Origin: Naegleria gruberi | Lineage: Eukaryota | Direction: 5' to 3' (one strand) | Length of the DNA: 64,000 nucleotides | Assembly: GCA_000004985.1 (NCBI GenBank) | Contig: GG738862.1 | Shown here: piece by piece, positions 45,493-56,402 of the stretch | Numbering within the stretch: position 1 is the stretch's first letter | Layout of the letters: each line of letters begins with the position of its first letter | Position numbers and translations under genes: made by a program | Notes under the pieces: model-generated | What the model was told of the DNA's origin: nothing | What the model saw: only the letters and a program-made list of their open reading frames with translations | Databases searched by the model: none

Positions 45493-46533
45493 ATGAGCCA
45501 ACAAGAAAAGGAGGAAACAGTGGCACCAACCAAAGAAGAATCACCACAGCCAGTTTTTCCCGATGATGTGATATTTGAAATTATTTCCTTCAATAATGAT
45601 TTTAAATTTACAGTAAGGAGTTGTGCGTTGGTTTCTTCACAGTGGTTTAATGTCATTTTGGAAAGATCAAAACTTTCACTCACACACAACAGTAAAAAGA
45701 AAATTAATGGCCAATTTTTACAGCGTATTGTAGCTGTCAATGGGATGAAAAAATGTGATTGTATTCCATTTCTTGATCAAGTATTTGATCTCAAGAACTT
45801 GACTACCCTTGACGTTAATTGTATGAAAATTAAAGATGAAGGAGTAAAGATAATAAGTGAAATGAAACAGTTGACCAATCTTAATGTAGGCAGCAGTGGT
45901 ATTAGTGTTGAGGGAGTCAAATATATCAGCGGCATGAATCAATTAACTAATCTCAATATAAGCCGCAATAATATACGAGCAGAAGGAGCCCGTTACGTTA
46001 GTGAAATGAAACTATTAACCAATCTTAATATTTATTTAAACGGTATTAGAGCAGAAGGTACCAAATACATCAGTGAAATGAAAGAATTGACTTGTCTTAA
46101 TATAATGAGTAATGCAATTCACGATAAAGGCGCAGAACACCTTCGTCAAATGCCTAAATTGAATACACTCAATATTAATTCAAATAGTATCAGTGTAGAA
46201 GGAGCCAAATTTATTAGTGAAATACAGTCATTAACTAATCTTGATATTGGTTTCAATACTATTGGAGATGACGGTGTCAAATTTATAAGCAAAATGGAAA
46301 AACTAACAAAACTTTATACAATGTACATTAATATTGGAGAAAAAGGAGCCAAACACATTAGTGAAATGGAACAATTAACTAGTCTCAATATTAATTCGAA
46401 TAATGTAGGAACAGAAGGAGCAAAGTACTTATGTGAAATGAAACATTTAACATATATGAATATTTGCAACAACAATGTAGACAAACAATCCCAATTTATC
46501 AAAGATGCTACAGTCTGTTTCATCCAATGCTGA
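45493..46533 (+). CDS. F-box-like / RNI-type LRR protein (paralog C, 346 aa)
   Basis: N-terminal FPDDVIFEIISF motif and about 10 LRRs of the MKQLTNLNI.SN.I..EGAKYISE type. More diverged at DNA level than paralog B. Confidence 0.7.
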   Translation: MSQQEKEETVAPTKEESPQPVFPDDVIFEIISFNNDFKFTVRSCALVSSQWFNVILERSKLSLTHNSKKKINGQFLQRIVAVNGMKKCDCIPFLDQVFDLKNLTTLDVNCMKIKDEGVKIISEMKQLTNLNVGSSGISVEGVKYISGMNQLTNLNISRNNIRAEGARYVSEMKLLTNLNIYLNGIRAEGTKYISEMKELTCLNIMSNAIHDKGAEHLRQMPKLNTLNINSNSISVEGAKFISEIQSLTNLDIGFNTIGDDGVKFISKMEKLTKLYTMYINIGEKGAKHISEMEQLTSLNINSNNVGTEGAKYLCEMKHLTYMNICNNNVDKQSQFIKDATVCFIQC

Positions 46534-47100
46534 ACGCAAAAAAATGAAGTTTTTCAAACTTTTAGTCAGGAATGGCAGTTTTCTGATCGATTGGCCTTTG
46601 TGTTTTGCTACTTACCATTGCTTTATTGGCGTGTGACTAGACATGTTTTTCAACATTGGCTGAAACAGACTGTATGAAACACATTAAAATTAGATAGGAT
46701 CCGTCTGATTTTCACAACTTGATTGTAAAGTGAAATTCATTAGCAAAATTTCATTTTAGTAACACATCTTTCACATTGGGAGTAGATAGATGAATTGGAT
46801 AACACACGCAACTTAGGGTCTCTCCTACTAAATTAGGAAGTAAAACATTATTGAGAGAGATGAAATTTGCCGTGATAATTGCTATTTCACTTGTCGGTTG
46901 TGGCACATACTCATAAAAGCAAGAATGTTACTCTTCCACCAACTTTCGTAACCTGATTCCAAACTGAACTATCTGAAAGTCATCCACAAATATTTCTTAC
47001 TGTATCGATACCCTTTCGATTATAATCCTCATGATATTTTGCTAACAGTAAATCACACTGATTCACAAAACACATCAAAACAAAAATTCCACACATCAAA

Positions 47101-48093
47101 ATGAAATCCTTCTTCCATTCACTTTCGTTTGTATTACTGTTACTTTCGTCCTTGATGATATCCATCGCAAATGGACAACAATCCAATTCCACCACCCCAA
47201 CCTACACCATTTCGAGGGATTTCGTCAATGCCATCGATAATGCCATGAGTAAATTAATAGTTGACCCTGATTTTCAGAAAGGAATGAATGATCTTGGAAT
47301 GATCTTTTCAAGTCCTTCATGTTCTGCACTTCCATACACGAGATTGGCAATTCCTGATGCTCCTACAAGTCTCACTCTACCAAGAACAAGTCCACTTGTG
47401 ATGTGTTATGAAAATGATGCTTTATTTCAGTTTCCAGCTGTTCATGAGTTGGCAGGAAGAATTCTTATCAAGATTTTGAATAGCAAATATAATAAGGATA
47501 TTCCATATACGTTCATGAAGGTGAATACTACTGTTTTGGGATATTTCAATACTTTGAAATCTTTGGTGGATAATGGATCTTGTGATGTTGCCATAGCTTC
47601 TACAAATTTGGACACAGATCGTTTATCCAAGGTCCATTTCAATTGTCCGTATGGTTCTTCATCTCCTGGATTTTTGAGATCTGCATTGGATAATGGCACT
47701 GTCATTATTAATTCTGAATCTGATATTGATTCTGCTAATGTTACAGTATTGACCTATAAGGGAAGTTCTTATGATACCTATGCCAAATCAACCTATAAGA
47801 ATGCAATCGTTAAAAGTGTTTCGTCTGGATATACTGAATGTTTCGACATGATTATGAAGAAAGAAGCTCACGTATTGTTAGGTGATGCAACTGACATGGC
47901 TACTTGGTTGTCCAGAAACAGAAATGCATGTGGTGCTTCTTGTTTTACAAAAGTTTATGGAAATCCATTCTCATTTGGTTCTTTCCTTTCTAATAATATT
48001 AGAGAATCGAATGCAAATTTAGTTTCAAATGGAATTTTGAATAATGTCATGATAATTATTGGAATGTTACTCTTGATTTTCACTACCCTGTAA
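47101..48093 (+). CDS. Secreted periplasmic-binding-protein-like / ionotropic-glutamate-receptor-type ligand-binding-domain protein, with signal peptide and hydrophobic C-terminus (possible GPI anchor)
   Basis: Signal peptide MKSFFHSLSFVLLLLSSLMISIANG. Motif CDVAIASTNLDTDRLSKVHFNCPY resembles the SBP_bac_3 / iGluR S1 core. C-terminus NVMIIIGMLLLIFTTL. Confidence 0.6.
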   Translation: MKSFFHSLSFVLLLLSSLMISIANGQQSNSTTPTYTISRDFVNAIDNAMSKLIVDPDFQKGMNDLGMIFSSPSCSALPYTRLAIPDAPTSLTLPRTSPLVMCYENDALFQFPAVHELAGRILIKILNSKYNKDIPYTFMKVNTTVLGYFNTLKSLVDNGSCDVAIASTNLDTDRLSKVHFNCPYGSSSPGFLRSALDNGTVIINSESDIDSANVTVLTYKGSSYDTYAKSTYKNAIVKSVSSGYTECFDMIMKKEAHVLLGDATDMATWLSRNRNACGASCFTKVYGNPFSFGSFLSNNIRESNANLVSNGILNNVMIIIGMLLLIFTTL

Positions 48094-48199
48094 ATAATCC
48101 CATCTTTCATTTTCAATTTTGAACTCGAGAAATTTTTGTAACATAAAAACAGATAAACAGCAAATTCAAAGTTAAAATTGCATTTTCAAATTTCAAAAA

Positions 48200-49336
48200 A
48201 TGTCTCAACAACAAAACAACACAACCACTAACTCGAACAATAGCCCTTACGCAGCATTTGCATCAAATACTCCAAGAAATAACAACCCTAACAATTTCCG
48301 AAAGAAACACAAGTTTTTCCTAAAGGTTTCTAACGAAAACAATTCATCATCTACCTCTTCATCAAATCAAGCCTCATCTTCTTCTGATGATCAAAATAAT
48401 TCTTTGGAAAATAATCAACAACAACTAATTGATGGATTTAAATGTTGTACTTATAATATTCATGTTTTTAAATCAGGAAATGGACAAACAACTTTAGATA
48501 AGCTAATTGATTATCTAACTGTTGGACAGATTGGATCTAAACCTTTTGATATCATTGGATTGAATGAAGCTTTCGAGTCGAAATATAGAAGGGGACAAAT
48601 TTTGACACCTTTAAATGAAATTCAAAAGTCACTTACTAAATATTATGGAACAGAATACAAGTGTTATTATGCACCAACTTGTAAAACGATGGGAAATTGT
48701 TTCATAACTGCATTGCCTGTTAAGAAAACTCAAACTTGGAGACTTGCGAAAGGACCTGGTGGAGTGAGAAATGTTTTAGGATTGCAACTTGATTTGGAGA
48801 AATGCAAGTCACCAGTTGAATATTTCTTTCTCACACATTTGGATTTTATTAATGAGGAATGGAGAGTGAAACAATTTTCACAGATTTTGGAATTTATGGA
48901 AAAATTCATGAGACAATCGTTCAATACTAAGGATAATAATTTTGTAATGATGGGAGATTTCAATGCCATGTATAAGAATGATTATACTCAAGAATTTTGG
49001 GATCAAATTCAAATGGACAGAATGCAAGAGCAATGGGAACCAGCTGTCAGTACTCTTATGGACATTTTGCTTGGTGACATTAAGGATGAGCGATTACCCA
49101 TTCAGAAAAATCTCAAATGCGAAAAATTATATGATACATGGCGAATGTGCAATAAGGAATTACAATTCAATGGTAGAAACCTTTCCTCCTCAAGACTGAA
49201 AACCAGAATTGACTATATTCTTTGCTCTAAGAGTTTATCCAAGAATGTTCTCCACAGCTGCATTGATACCAAATCAAAAACTACTTCAATTTCAGATCAC
49301 AATCCAGTCATTACACACTTTTCCTTTTTAGCATAG
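48200..49336 (+). CDS. Endonuclease/exonuclease/phosphatase (EEP) family protein (378 aa)
   Basis: EEP motifs FDIIGLNEAFE, MMGDFNAMY and RIDYIL…SDHNPV. N-terminal S/N-rich region. Confidence 0.7.
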   Translation: MSQQQNNTTTNSNNSPYAAFASNTPRNNNPNNFRKKHKFFLKVSNENNSSSTSSSNQASSSSDDQNNSLENNQQQLIDGFKCCTYNIHVFKSGNGQTTLDKLIDYLTVGQIGSKPFDIIGLNEAFESKYRRGQILTPLNEIQKSLTKYYGTEYKCYYAPTCKTMGNCFITALPVKKTQTWRLAKGPGGVRNVLGLQLDLEKCKSPVEYFFLTHLDFINEEWRVKQFSQILEFMEKFMRQSFNTKDNNFVMMGDFNAMYKNDYTQEFWDQIQMDRMQEQWEPAVSTLMDILLGDIKDERLPIQKNLKCEKLYDTWRMCNKELQFNGRNLSSSRLKTRIDYILCSKSLSKNVLHSCIDTKSKTTSISDHNPVITHFSFLA

Positions 49337-49593
49337 CTTTTCAACATTGAAACACTACAAATTAATAGTATGCAGCATAGTTCTGCAGTAAATTAAGCAT
49401 TGTCCAATTCCAAAATGGTATGACACAATTCTCCTTCGTTCGTTCTATTTCATTCTCTAAGGACCTCCAAAGTGTTGCACCTCAATAAATACATCCGCAC
49501 CATCTATTTCAAGGAACACCTTCAATGTGAAAAACCTAACAATCTCGAAAAAAATGGTTAATGGACTAGCTGTATTTTAGTGACAACAGTTGC

Positions 49594-49932
49594 ATGGTTG
49601 TACCATTAGTGTTCTTTCCTGAGAAATTATTGGCCAAATTGCAATTTGAATTGAAACCTTTAATGTACGGTCGTTTGTTGGGAGTTGCCTATTCTGCCTT
49701 ATTAGTAGGTTATGGACATGGATTGCATTCTGTATTGGTTGAGAATGTCTATCCAAAACACATTGTTTGGATGGGTCTAGTGAGTAATGGAGGAGCTTTT
49801 ACTGTATTATTGAGTGAAATTCTCAACAAATTGTCAACTGGAAAGAAACTTAAAGTTGTCGAAGTTGCCTCAATGATTACTCTTGGACTCATTTCACTTG
49901 GATTATTAATTTTTGGTCCACTTTCTAATTAA
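49594..49932 (+). CDS. Small hydrophobic membrane protein (112 aa), hypothetical
   Basis: ORF with three or four predicted TM helices and Gly-rich helices (TMEM14-like feel). Start uncertain. Confidence 0.35.
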   Translation: MVVPLVFFPEKLLAKLQFELKPLMYGRLLGVAYSALLVGYGHGLHSVLVENVYPKHIVWMGLVSNGGAFTVLLSEILNKLSTGKKLKVVEVASMITLGLISLGLLIFGPLSN

Positions 49933-50064
49933 TCCATTGTTAACTTGATAGAATTCCCAAAATACTGACTTTTTTCCATTCCTTTTTGGAGTGTGAAGAA
50001 AGAAATTGATTGAAAATTAAAAAAACACATCAAAAATTTATTGAATTAAAATTTTAAATAAAAA

Positions 50065-51195
50065 ATGTTTTCGGGTTCAAAGTTGCGATTCCTGTGTCGT
50101 CGTCTGCATCAACATCAACATCATCAGATGATGGAGAGTAATTTTCATCATCAACATCAACAAACAATGCTTCTTCTTCGGAAATCCATGGTGATGAATA
50201 AACCACTCTATAATTATAGTACAAGCACAATAACAGCCAATGAAGCTACAACAACCGAGTCGACTCCAACAACCACTACTAATACACCAACAACAGCAAC
50301 AACAACTTCAACAACAACAAATTCTAATACAATGAAGTACACATCAACAGAAATTAGACTCATCAAGAAACAAAAAGAAAGAGTTTTGAAAAAGGAAAAG
50401 ATTGATGAAGTAGTTGGGAAACTTTTCAATATTAACCAGAAGAAGGAAATGGGACAATTTTCAGAAAATGTTGTGGATGTAGTATCGGAGACACCTGCTG
50501 TTGAAAAGAAGAAGAGAAAATCGAAAAAGGCTGAAGCTAAAGAAGCAGCATCAAAAGCAATTGTTGAAGAACCAATCAAGAAGGAAGCCTTTACAAATCC
50601 AGAAATCGATTCTCTTGTCGATAATATTCTCACCATGACCATTGCAGGACAAGCTAGTTTGGCTGCCTCTGCTGAAGAAGAAGATGAATTAATTTCTCTG
50701 TTAAAGACAAAGAGAAGACAAAGATTCAACACTTTAAATAGTAATAATGGTGTTAATGTTGGTCCGACAACTTACAAGTCATCAATCGACAAGTTTTCAC
50801 AACAAGAAGTTGATTTTAAACAATATACACAAACCAAGGAATCTGAATTGTCTTCACCTCTTGAAATGTCAGAAGAGGGTGATGAAGATATTAAAACTCC
50901 ACAAATTGATCCAGAGGATGAGGATATTCTTTCTTATTTACGTGAATTGAAGGATAGAACAGTCAAACAAAAGGAAGAAGAAAAGAAATCAGCATTGGAA
51001 AATGACAATGAATTGGATGAGGAAGATAAGATTGTTGAGAAAGCTTGGCAAGATATTGCCTCAAAGCCAGAAAGTGCTGCCAAGACTGTAGAAGCTGAAC
51101 TTGATGAACCAGTTTCAAGATCTTCTAAATCATCTTCCAATAATTCAAAGAAGGACGATGTCATTATGCAATTTTTACAAGATCTCCTCAAATAA
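50065..51195 (+). CDS. Hypothetical His/Thr-rich then acidic/lysine-rich protein (376 aa)
   Basis: Continuous ORF with low-complexity Thr tract. No family recognised. Confidence 0.5.
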   Translation: MFSGSKLRFLCRRLHQHQHHQMMESNFHHQHQQTMLLLRKSMVMNKPLYNYSTSTITANEATTTESTPTTTTNTPTTATTTSTTTNSNTMKYTSTEIRLIKKQKERVLKKEKIDEVVGKLFNINQKKEMGQFSENVVDVVSETPAVEKKKRKSKKAEAKEAASKAIVEEPIKKEAFTNPEIDSLVDNILTMTIAGQASLAASAEEEDELISLLKTKRRQRFNTLNSNNGVNVGPTTYKSSIDKFSQQEVDFKQYTQTKESELSSPLEMSEEGDEDIKTPQIDPEDEDILSYLRELKDRTVKQKEEEKKSALENDNELDEEDKIVEKAWQDIASKPESAAKTVEAELDEPVSRSSKSSSNNSKKDDVIMQFLQDLLK

Positions 51196-51698
51196 AAATT
51201 TCAAATTATTTACAATAACTGCTATCTCCCTACCTAGATTTAACATGATAAATGGCAACCAAATGAAACATATGTAACATTATTCGTCAAATTACCGAAA
51301 ATAAACCTGTTTTCTTAGCCAGCAAAACCTTTCTCATTGCAAGTGCTGAGTAATAGGACGCTGTACTCCTCTATTCCATTACTCCATCTCCATTAAACAC
51401 AAGTTTACAAAACTCTACTTGCAAACTCCATTCCCAATCCAGAAATAAGCGATTTTCAATGACCATTAATAATTTTTCGCGTTTTTGCTGTGACCTCTCA
51501 TTAAGGTCTTATCAACTAATTAATCAAGGATAATATTTTGGAATTTTCCGACAAAGAAAGATTTCCCTCCTAACTGAATGAACCTTCATTCTCTATTCCT
51601 TAATCCCGAGCGCGTTCTCTGTGTTATCCACTGGTACTGCTGTTTATCAAATTGCATCTTGGTGGAACGTCCTTAAAATTTCCATTCATCAAAAAAAA

Positions 51699-52999
51699 AT
51701 GATCAACAGTAGTTGTTGGTTGGTAGCTGTTTTGTTGATGTTGTGCCTCGTCTCAACTGCAACATGTGCTATTGCCTTGGCTGGTAATAAGAGAGCTGCT
51801 CCATCAACTGCTATGTGTACTCGTTACACTTCTGCATCATTGGTTGGAGATGTTGATTTGAGTAAGGTCACTCCAAAGCCTGTTAACTGTCCTTTGGGAT
51901 GTAATTTGTATACTGTTTCTGGCTCTGCATTGGGTTATAATGGTCCACTTGGGGCTTTGGGGTATGTTGTGTAGCTTTTATGATTTGTTTTACTATTTAT
52001 CAAACATTTTCATTATCATGATCAATCAGTCCTTTGGGTCCTTTGGGTCCTGTTTCCACTGGTACCCCTTACAATGTTCCTGATAATTTTGTTTGGTATG
52101 GAAATAACTTTAATACTTACCTTAAGGAAATGAATGCATGTGATAAGTTATTGAGCCATCCACAAAATCCACTCTCTTCTGCTGGCCCAATGGGTGATGC
52201 TTTCTTTGATGTCATGCCAAAGATTAACGATTTCACTAAACACATGATGGGTAAGTTGTTAAATAGTATTTGAATGCTAATAGGAATATTTCAATACGAA
52301 ATGTTGATGAAACCATTATTATATATTTACAAATTTTACACATTAAAAGGTATGGGAGTTTGGACTGTTTTGGGACCATTGGGACCTTTGGGCCCACTTG
52401 GTGCTTTGGGACCATTGGGTCCAGTTGGTTGCCACATGTTGGACGTTGATAAGGATGGTCAATTCGTCAGTAAGAAGGGTGAAGTTTTGAGAACTACCTC
52501 AGTTGTTTATAACTCGTCCCTCACTGTTAACTGGCCTCTTTTCGAAAGATATAAGAGTAGAGAATTCGTTGACAAATTGTCCAAGAAGGGTTTGCTCGAC
52601 ACTTCTTTCATGGTTTCTGCTAGTGTTGATATTACTGGTCATGCCTATGACATGGTTGTTACTGAACCTCAATACGTCACTGTCACTGTTATCCCAACTC
52701 TCTGGGCTAAGAACTTCTTCTTGGAAGCTTTCATTAACGGTAAATCTGTTATGAAGTCTGAAAAGCTCTTATTCACTCCTTGGTTCCAAGTCCACATTTC
52801 TGGAGCTGATTTGCAAAATGCTGGTCCAGGTGGAGCTAAATTGAAGGTTGTCATTAAGACTGATCCTCTCGATTGTGGAATGATGTCTGTCTTTGGATGT
52901 ACTATGGATTACACAATGCATGTTGTTGGTTCAACTTCATTCATGATGAGAAAGCCACACCTCAGTTACACTGGTCCACATATTAAGCAATGTGAATAA
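51699..52999 (+). CDS. Secreted protein with two short collagen-like Gly-X-Y tracts; join(51699..51961,52030..52250,52350..52999), introns 51962..52029 (GTATGT, 68 nt) and 52251..52349 (GTAAGT, 99 nt)
   Basis: Signal peptide MINSSCWLVAVLLMLCLVSTATCA. After splicing, exon 1/2 gives GPLGALGPLGPLGPV and exon 3 gives GPLGPLGPLGALGPLGPVG, with Gly every third residue. A roughly 190-aa C-terminal globular domain follows. Splice phases are consistent. Confidence 0.65.
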
Positions 53000-53204
53000 A
53001 TAATTCATGTGTTGTTTAAATGATTGCTCTTGATATTTTATGCCCACCTCTATTTAGGAACTGAGAATACTGTAGTGAGAAGAAGGTTAAATGGACTTTT
53101 GCAAACAAGAAACAAGTTGACAAAAGATTTTTATCCAAATCAAACCAATGACATTATTTTACAATGAATTTATCTGCAGTTTGCTGGAAATCAAAATTAA
53201 AAAA

Positions 53205-54410
53205 ATGGCAACACGTGCAACGGATGATTTGGCACCACCTTTGAAGAAGATGAAAACATCATTTGCCTCTTCTGCTTGTCGATTGTGCCATGATGAAATT
53301 TTAAATATTATGCAATTTTTAACAATTAAAGATGTCGTGTCTTGTTTATTGATTGACACCAATTGGAATATTGTCGGCTCATCAAATGCAATATGGAAAC
53401 CACTCTATGATGAGTTTTTCATGAATGAATTCTTTGAGTGGGATAGACAATTTTTGCAAGATTCTAACAAGCTTGAAAGTGATACTTTTGTTGCAATTGA
53501 TTATGATGATGACTATGAAGATGATGAAGAGGATGAAGAGGATGATGAGGATGAGTATGATGATAACAAACAGGAAAAAAAGAAAGTTGATAAAAGGAAG
53601 GATGATAAAGTAGTGGAAAAACTGGAAGAAACACAAAATGATATTGATCAAATCAAGGACAAGAATGGAAATATTAGTTATTATCGATTATTTCAATTTG
53701 ATTGTCATTATCCGCAAATTGATGAATCATATGTTGATATTATTGACAAATTGAGAAATATAGATTCAATTACCAATGTTGAAACTTTGAAAGAATTAAT
53801 CAAACACATTTGGACAGATAATACAGATTCAGATACTTGGAAAAAAGTTATTGGAACATCAGAAATGGTTCTTGGCAAATCGAATAGGTTATGGAGAAGT
53901 AAGCCACTTCTTGTTTTCCTTTCCATGGTCTTACTGATATTATTCAATAAGGAAAAAATTAATTATTCAGATAGTACCATCCAATTAACAGGACCTAGAG
54001 ATCAACCAGCTTGTGAAATGCCAATATTAGCTTTTTGTAAAATGCTTTCCTCAAATAGATCGAACATTTCCAAATTATGTTCCAAACACAAAATTGATAT
54101 CAAGTCTCTGGGAGCATTTCTAAAAGTTTCTGAACCAAAGACAGAAGAGAGTGAACGCAAATGGTACTACAACGATCGAAGGCAACCAGATGTTTATTTA
54201 TCAGTTATGAAAAACCTATTCAGTCACAAGAATGATGGAACATTTAGTGCTAAACAACAAAATAGTGATTTCGCCAATCCTGATACCGAGGAGTTTGCTC
54301 CTTCCTTTTTCAATGCTGGTTCCTCATTGGTTTGTTTTCAATCTGTGACAGCCCATATCGTTGGAAATGTTATCAAATTTGAATTTATTACAACAGCTAA
54401 ATATTACTGA
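53205..54410 (+). CDS. Hypothetical F-box-like protein with acidic D/E-rich tract (about 400 aa)
   Basis: N-terminal CHDEILNIMQFLTIKDVVSCLLIDTNW resembles an F-box, followed by poly-D/E and a C-terminal unique domain. Confidence 0.55.
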   Translation: MATRATDDLAPPLKKMKTSFASSACRLCHDEILNIMQFLTIKDVVSCLLIDTNWNIVGSSNAIWKPLYDEFFMNEFFEWDRQFLQDSNKLESDTFVAIDYDDDYEDDEEDEEDDEDEYDDNKQEKKKVDKRKDDKVVEKLEETQNDIDQIKDKNGNISYYRLFQFDCHYPQIDESYVDIIDKLRNIDSITNVETLKELIKHIWTDNTDSDTWKKVIGTSEMVLGKSNRLWRSKPLLVFLSMVLLILFNKEKINYSDSTIQLTGPRDQPACEMPILAFCKMLSSNRSNISKLCSKHKIDIKSLGAFLKVSEPKTEESERKWYYNDRRQPDVYLSVMKNLFSHKNDGTFSAKQQNSDFANPDTEEFAPSFFNAGSSLVCFQSVTAHIVGNVIKFEFITTAKYY

Positions 54411-54482
54411 ACATTTCAAAGATGAAGGAACTATTCCAGTAAAATCTTAATTTATCAACGAACTTGATTCTTTCAGAAAAAA

Positions 54483-55118
54483 ATGTCAGAACTTCTCAAG
54501 GTAATTATTGGAGATTCCGATGATGAAGAAGATCTCGAAGATGATGATTTCGACTATTCTTCTTCTGCTTCCGAAAGTATTGAAGAAGAAGATGCCAATG
54601 AATGAGTGCCATACCAATATTTTGGAAAAGTATTTGGAATACCTATACATGGGTTCTCTTTATTTGGAAAATTCAGAGATGGTCCACAAATTTTTGGAAT
54701 TTGTTAAAGAGATTTCCCCAACCAGACATTATCCTTTTATTGAAAAGATTTATTCTATGGAAAATAGAAAGGATTTGAGTTTGACGAGAGAAATATTGAA
54801 GGAATTGTACAAGGATTTGGCTACTCTAATTGATGACAGCACCTACAGTGATTTGGTTGTTGTTTTGGATCAGGACAATCCATTCGTCCAACCCTCTCCT
54901 TCTTGGTTATTTCACTATTGGACAAGAGCACTGTTTGGGTAGTTCACGAAATTGCCATTCTCTACAATGAAAAATCCTTAGAAAGTGAATGTGAGCTCTA
55001 CATTGCCAATAATTTTGAAGTTTTACATTCTGCCTCTTCCTTTTTAGAGCTTCCAGAAATGGCTAGAATTAAAATTAAGCAATTATACAAAAAGAAGCAT
55101 CATAAAAAGACAAAATAA
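54483..55118 (+). CDS. BTB/BACK-like protein gene with apparent frameshift (ORFs 54508..54942 and 54903..55118 in different frames; possible short acidic 5' exon from 54483)
   Basis: The second frame carries the BACK-like sequence VVHEIAILYNEKSLESECELYIANNFEVLHSASSFLELPEM. No intron of plausible length joins the frames. Confidence 0.3.
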
Positions 55119-55453
55119 GGTTTTTTGATCTTTTATATGTGGTACTTTAGAAGAACCCATTACTTCTGAAAAGAAAAGTATTCAGATGTTCCAAAGAAGT
55201 GTAGCATGCCAATAATCTCCACCAATAGATGTTGTGTGTAATGGAACTGGAAAGACAGTTGCTAGTATGTTACAATAAAAATCTCAATCTGATTTAACAA
55301 AAAGAGGTTCCATAAAAGCAAAAAGAAAGTTACAATCGACTTGTTGATGATCATATCATATTAAATTGAACTCATTAGGGAAGTGATACAAGAATAGAAA
55401 ATGTAGAATAATTTATTGACAATAATTGAAAGAATCTATGATATTTTGCTAAC

Positions 55454-55912
55454 TTAACCACCTCTCAATCTCAATACTAAATGCACAGTTGAATCCTTTT
55501 GAAGATTGTAATCACCAATAGTTCTTCCATCTTCCAATTGCTTACCGGCATAAATCAATCGTTGTTGATCTGAAGGAATACCTTCCTTATCAAATATCTT
55601 TTGTTTCATATTCTCAACAGTATCATTCGATTCCATTTCAATAGTGATTGTCTTTCCAGTTAAGGTTTTTACAAAGAGTTGCATTCCTCCTCTTAATCTC
55701 AACACCAAATGAAGAGTGGAGTCTTTTTGAATGTTGTAATCATTAATAGTTCTGCCATCTTCTAATTGTTTACCTGCAAAGATGAGTCTTTGTTGATCTG
55801 GTGAAATTCCTTCCTTATCTTGTACCTTTTGTTTCACATTTTCAATTGAATCATTAGATTCAACCTCCAAAGTGATAGTTCTTCCAGTGAGTGTCTTGAC
55901 AAATAATTGCAT
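55454..55912 (-). CDS. Di-ubiquitin-like protein: two head-to-tail ubiquitin-fold repeats, each ending RLRGG, about 85–88% identical to canonical ubiquitin
   Basis: [76 protein letters not shown] followed by a second repeat. K6, K27, K29, K33, K48, K63, L8, I44 and V70 are retained. The two repeats differ substantially at the DNA level. Confidence 0.85.
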   Translation of the reverse strand: MQLFVKTLTGRTITLEVESNDSIENVKQKVQDKEGISPDQQRLIFAGKQLEDGRTINDYNIQKDSTLHLVLRLRGGMQLFVKTLTGKTITIEMESNDTVENMKQKIFDKEGIPSDQQRLIYAGKQLEDGRTIGDYNLQKDSTVHLVLRLRGG

Positions 55913-56402
55913 TATGTTTGTTGTCTTGTTTTTCTTATTGTTTTTCTTGAATTCAAAACATGTTTCCTTGCTTTTTATACTGTTTTGAGATGTTTGTATT
56001 TTTAGAAAGTAGTTCTTCTTTGCAAAGAAATTCTTTCAATGAACCGATTTTTGTTTCTGGACACAAACTTGGTTCATGTTTTGTAATTATGTGCTGTAGT
56101 TGTTCATACAATAATCACATCTTTTTCGATTTTTATCTTCTTATTTGTGGTGGTTGATTGTTTAGCTCTCTTTTCAATTGAATTTGTTTACCATTTAAAT
56201 TTGAAAGATTATAATCAATATTATTACGATGTCTAGTTCCACTTATAATATTCTTGGAGACAAACCAACTTGTTCAATTTTGTTTCATCTTCTTCATTAA
56301 GAAGAGAGTTGGCATTTGTTTTGTTGTGGAAATATCATCATCAGTTATCTATTTATTTATTAAGGAAATAAAATACAAATCAACAAACAATAAGAGAAAA
56401 AA

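Noticed and set aside
54906-54928. A 23-nt GT…AG segment that would join the two BTB/BACK-like frames
   Set aside because: It is far shorter than every confirmed intron in the window (38–111 nt). A frameshift is the more parsimonious explanation.
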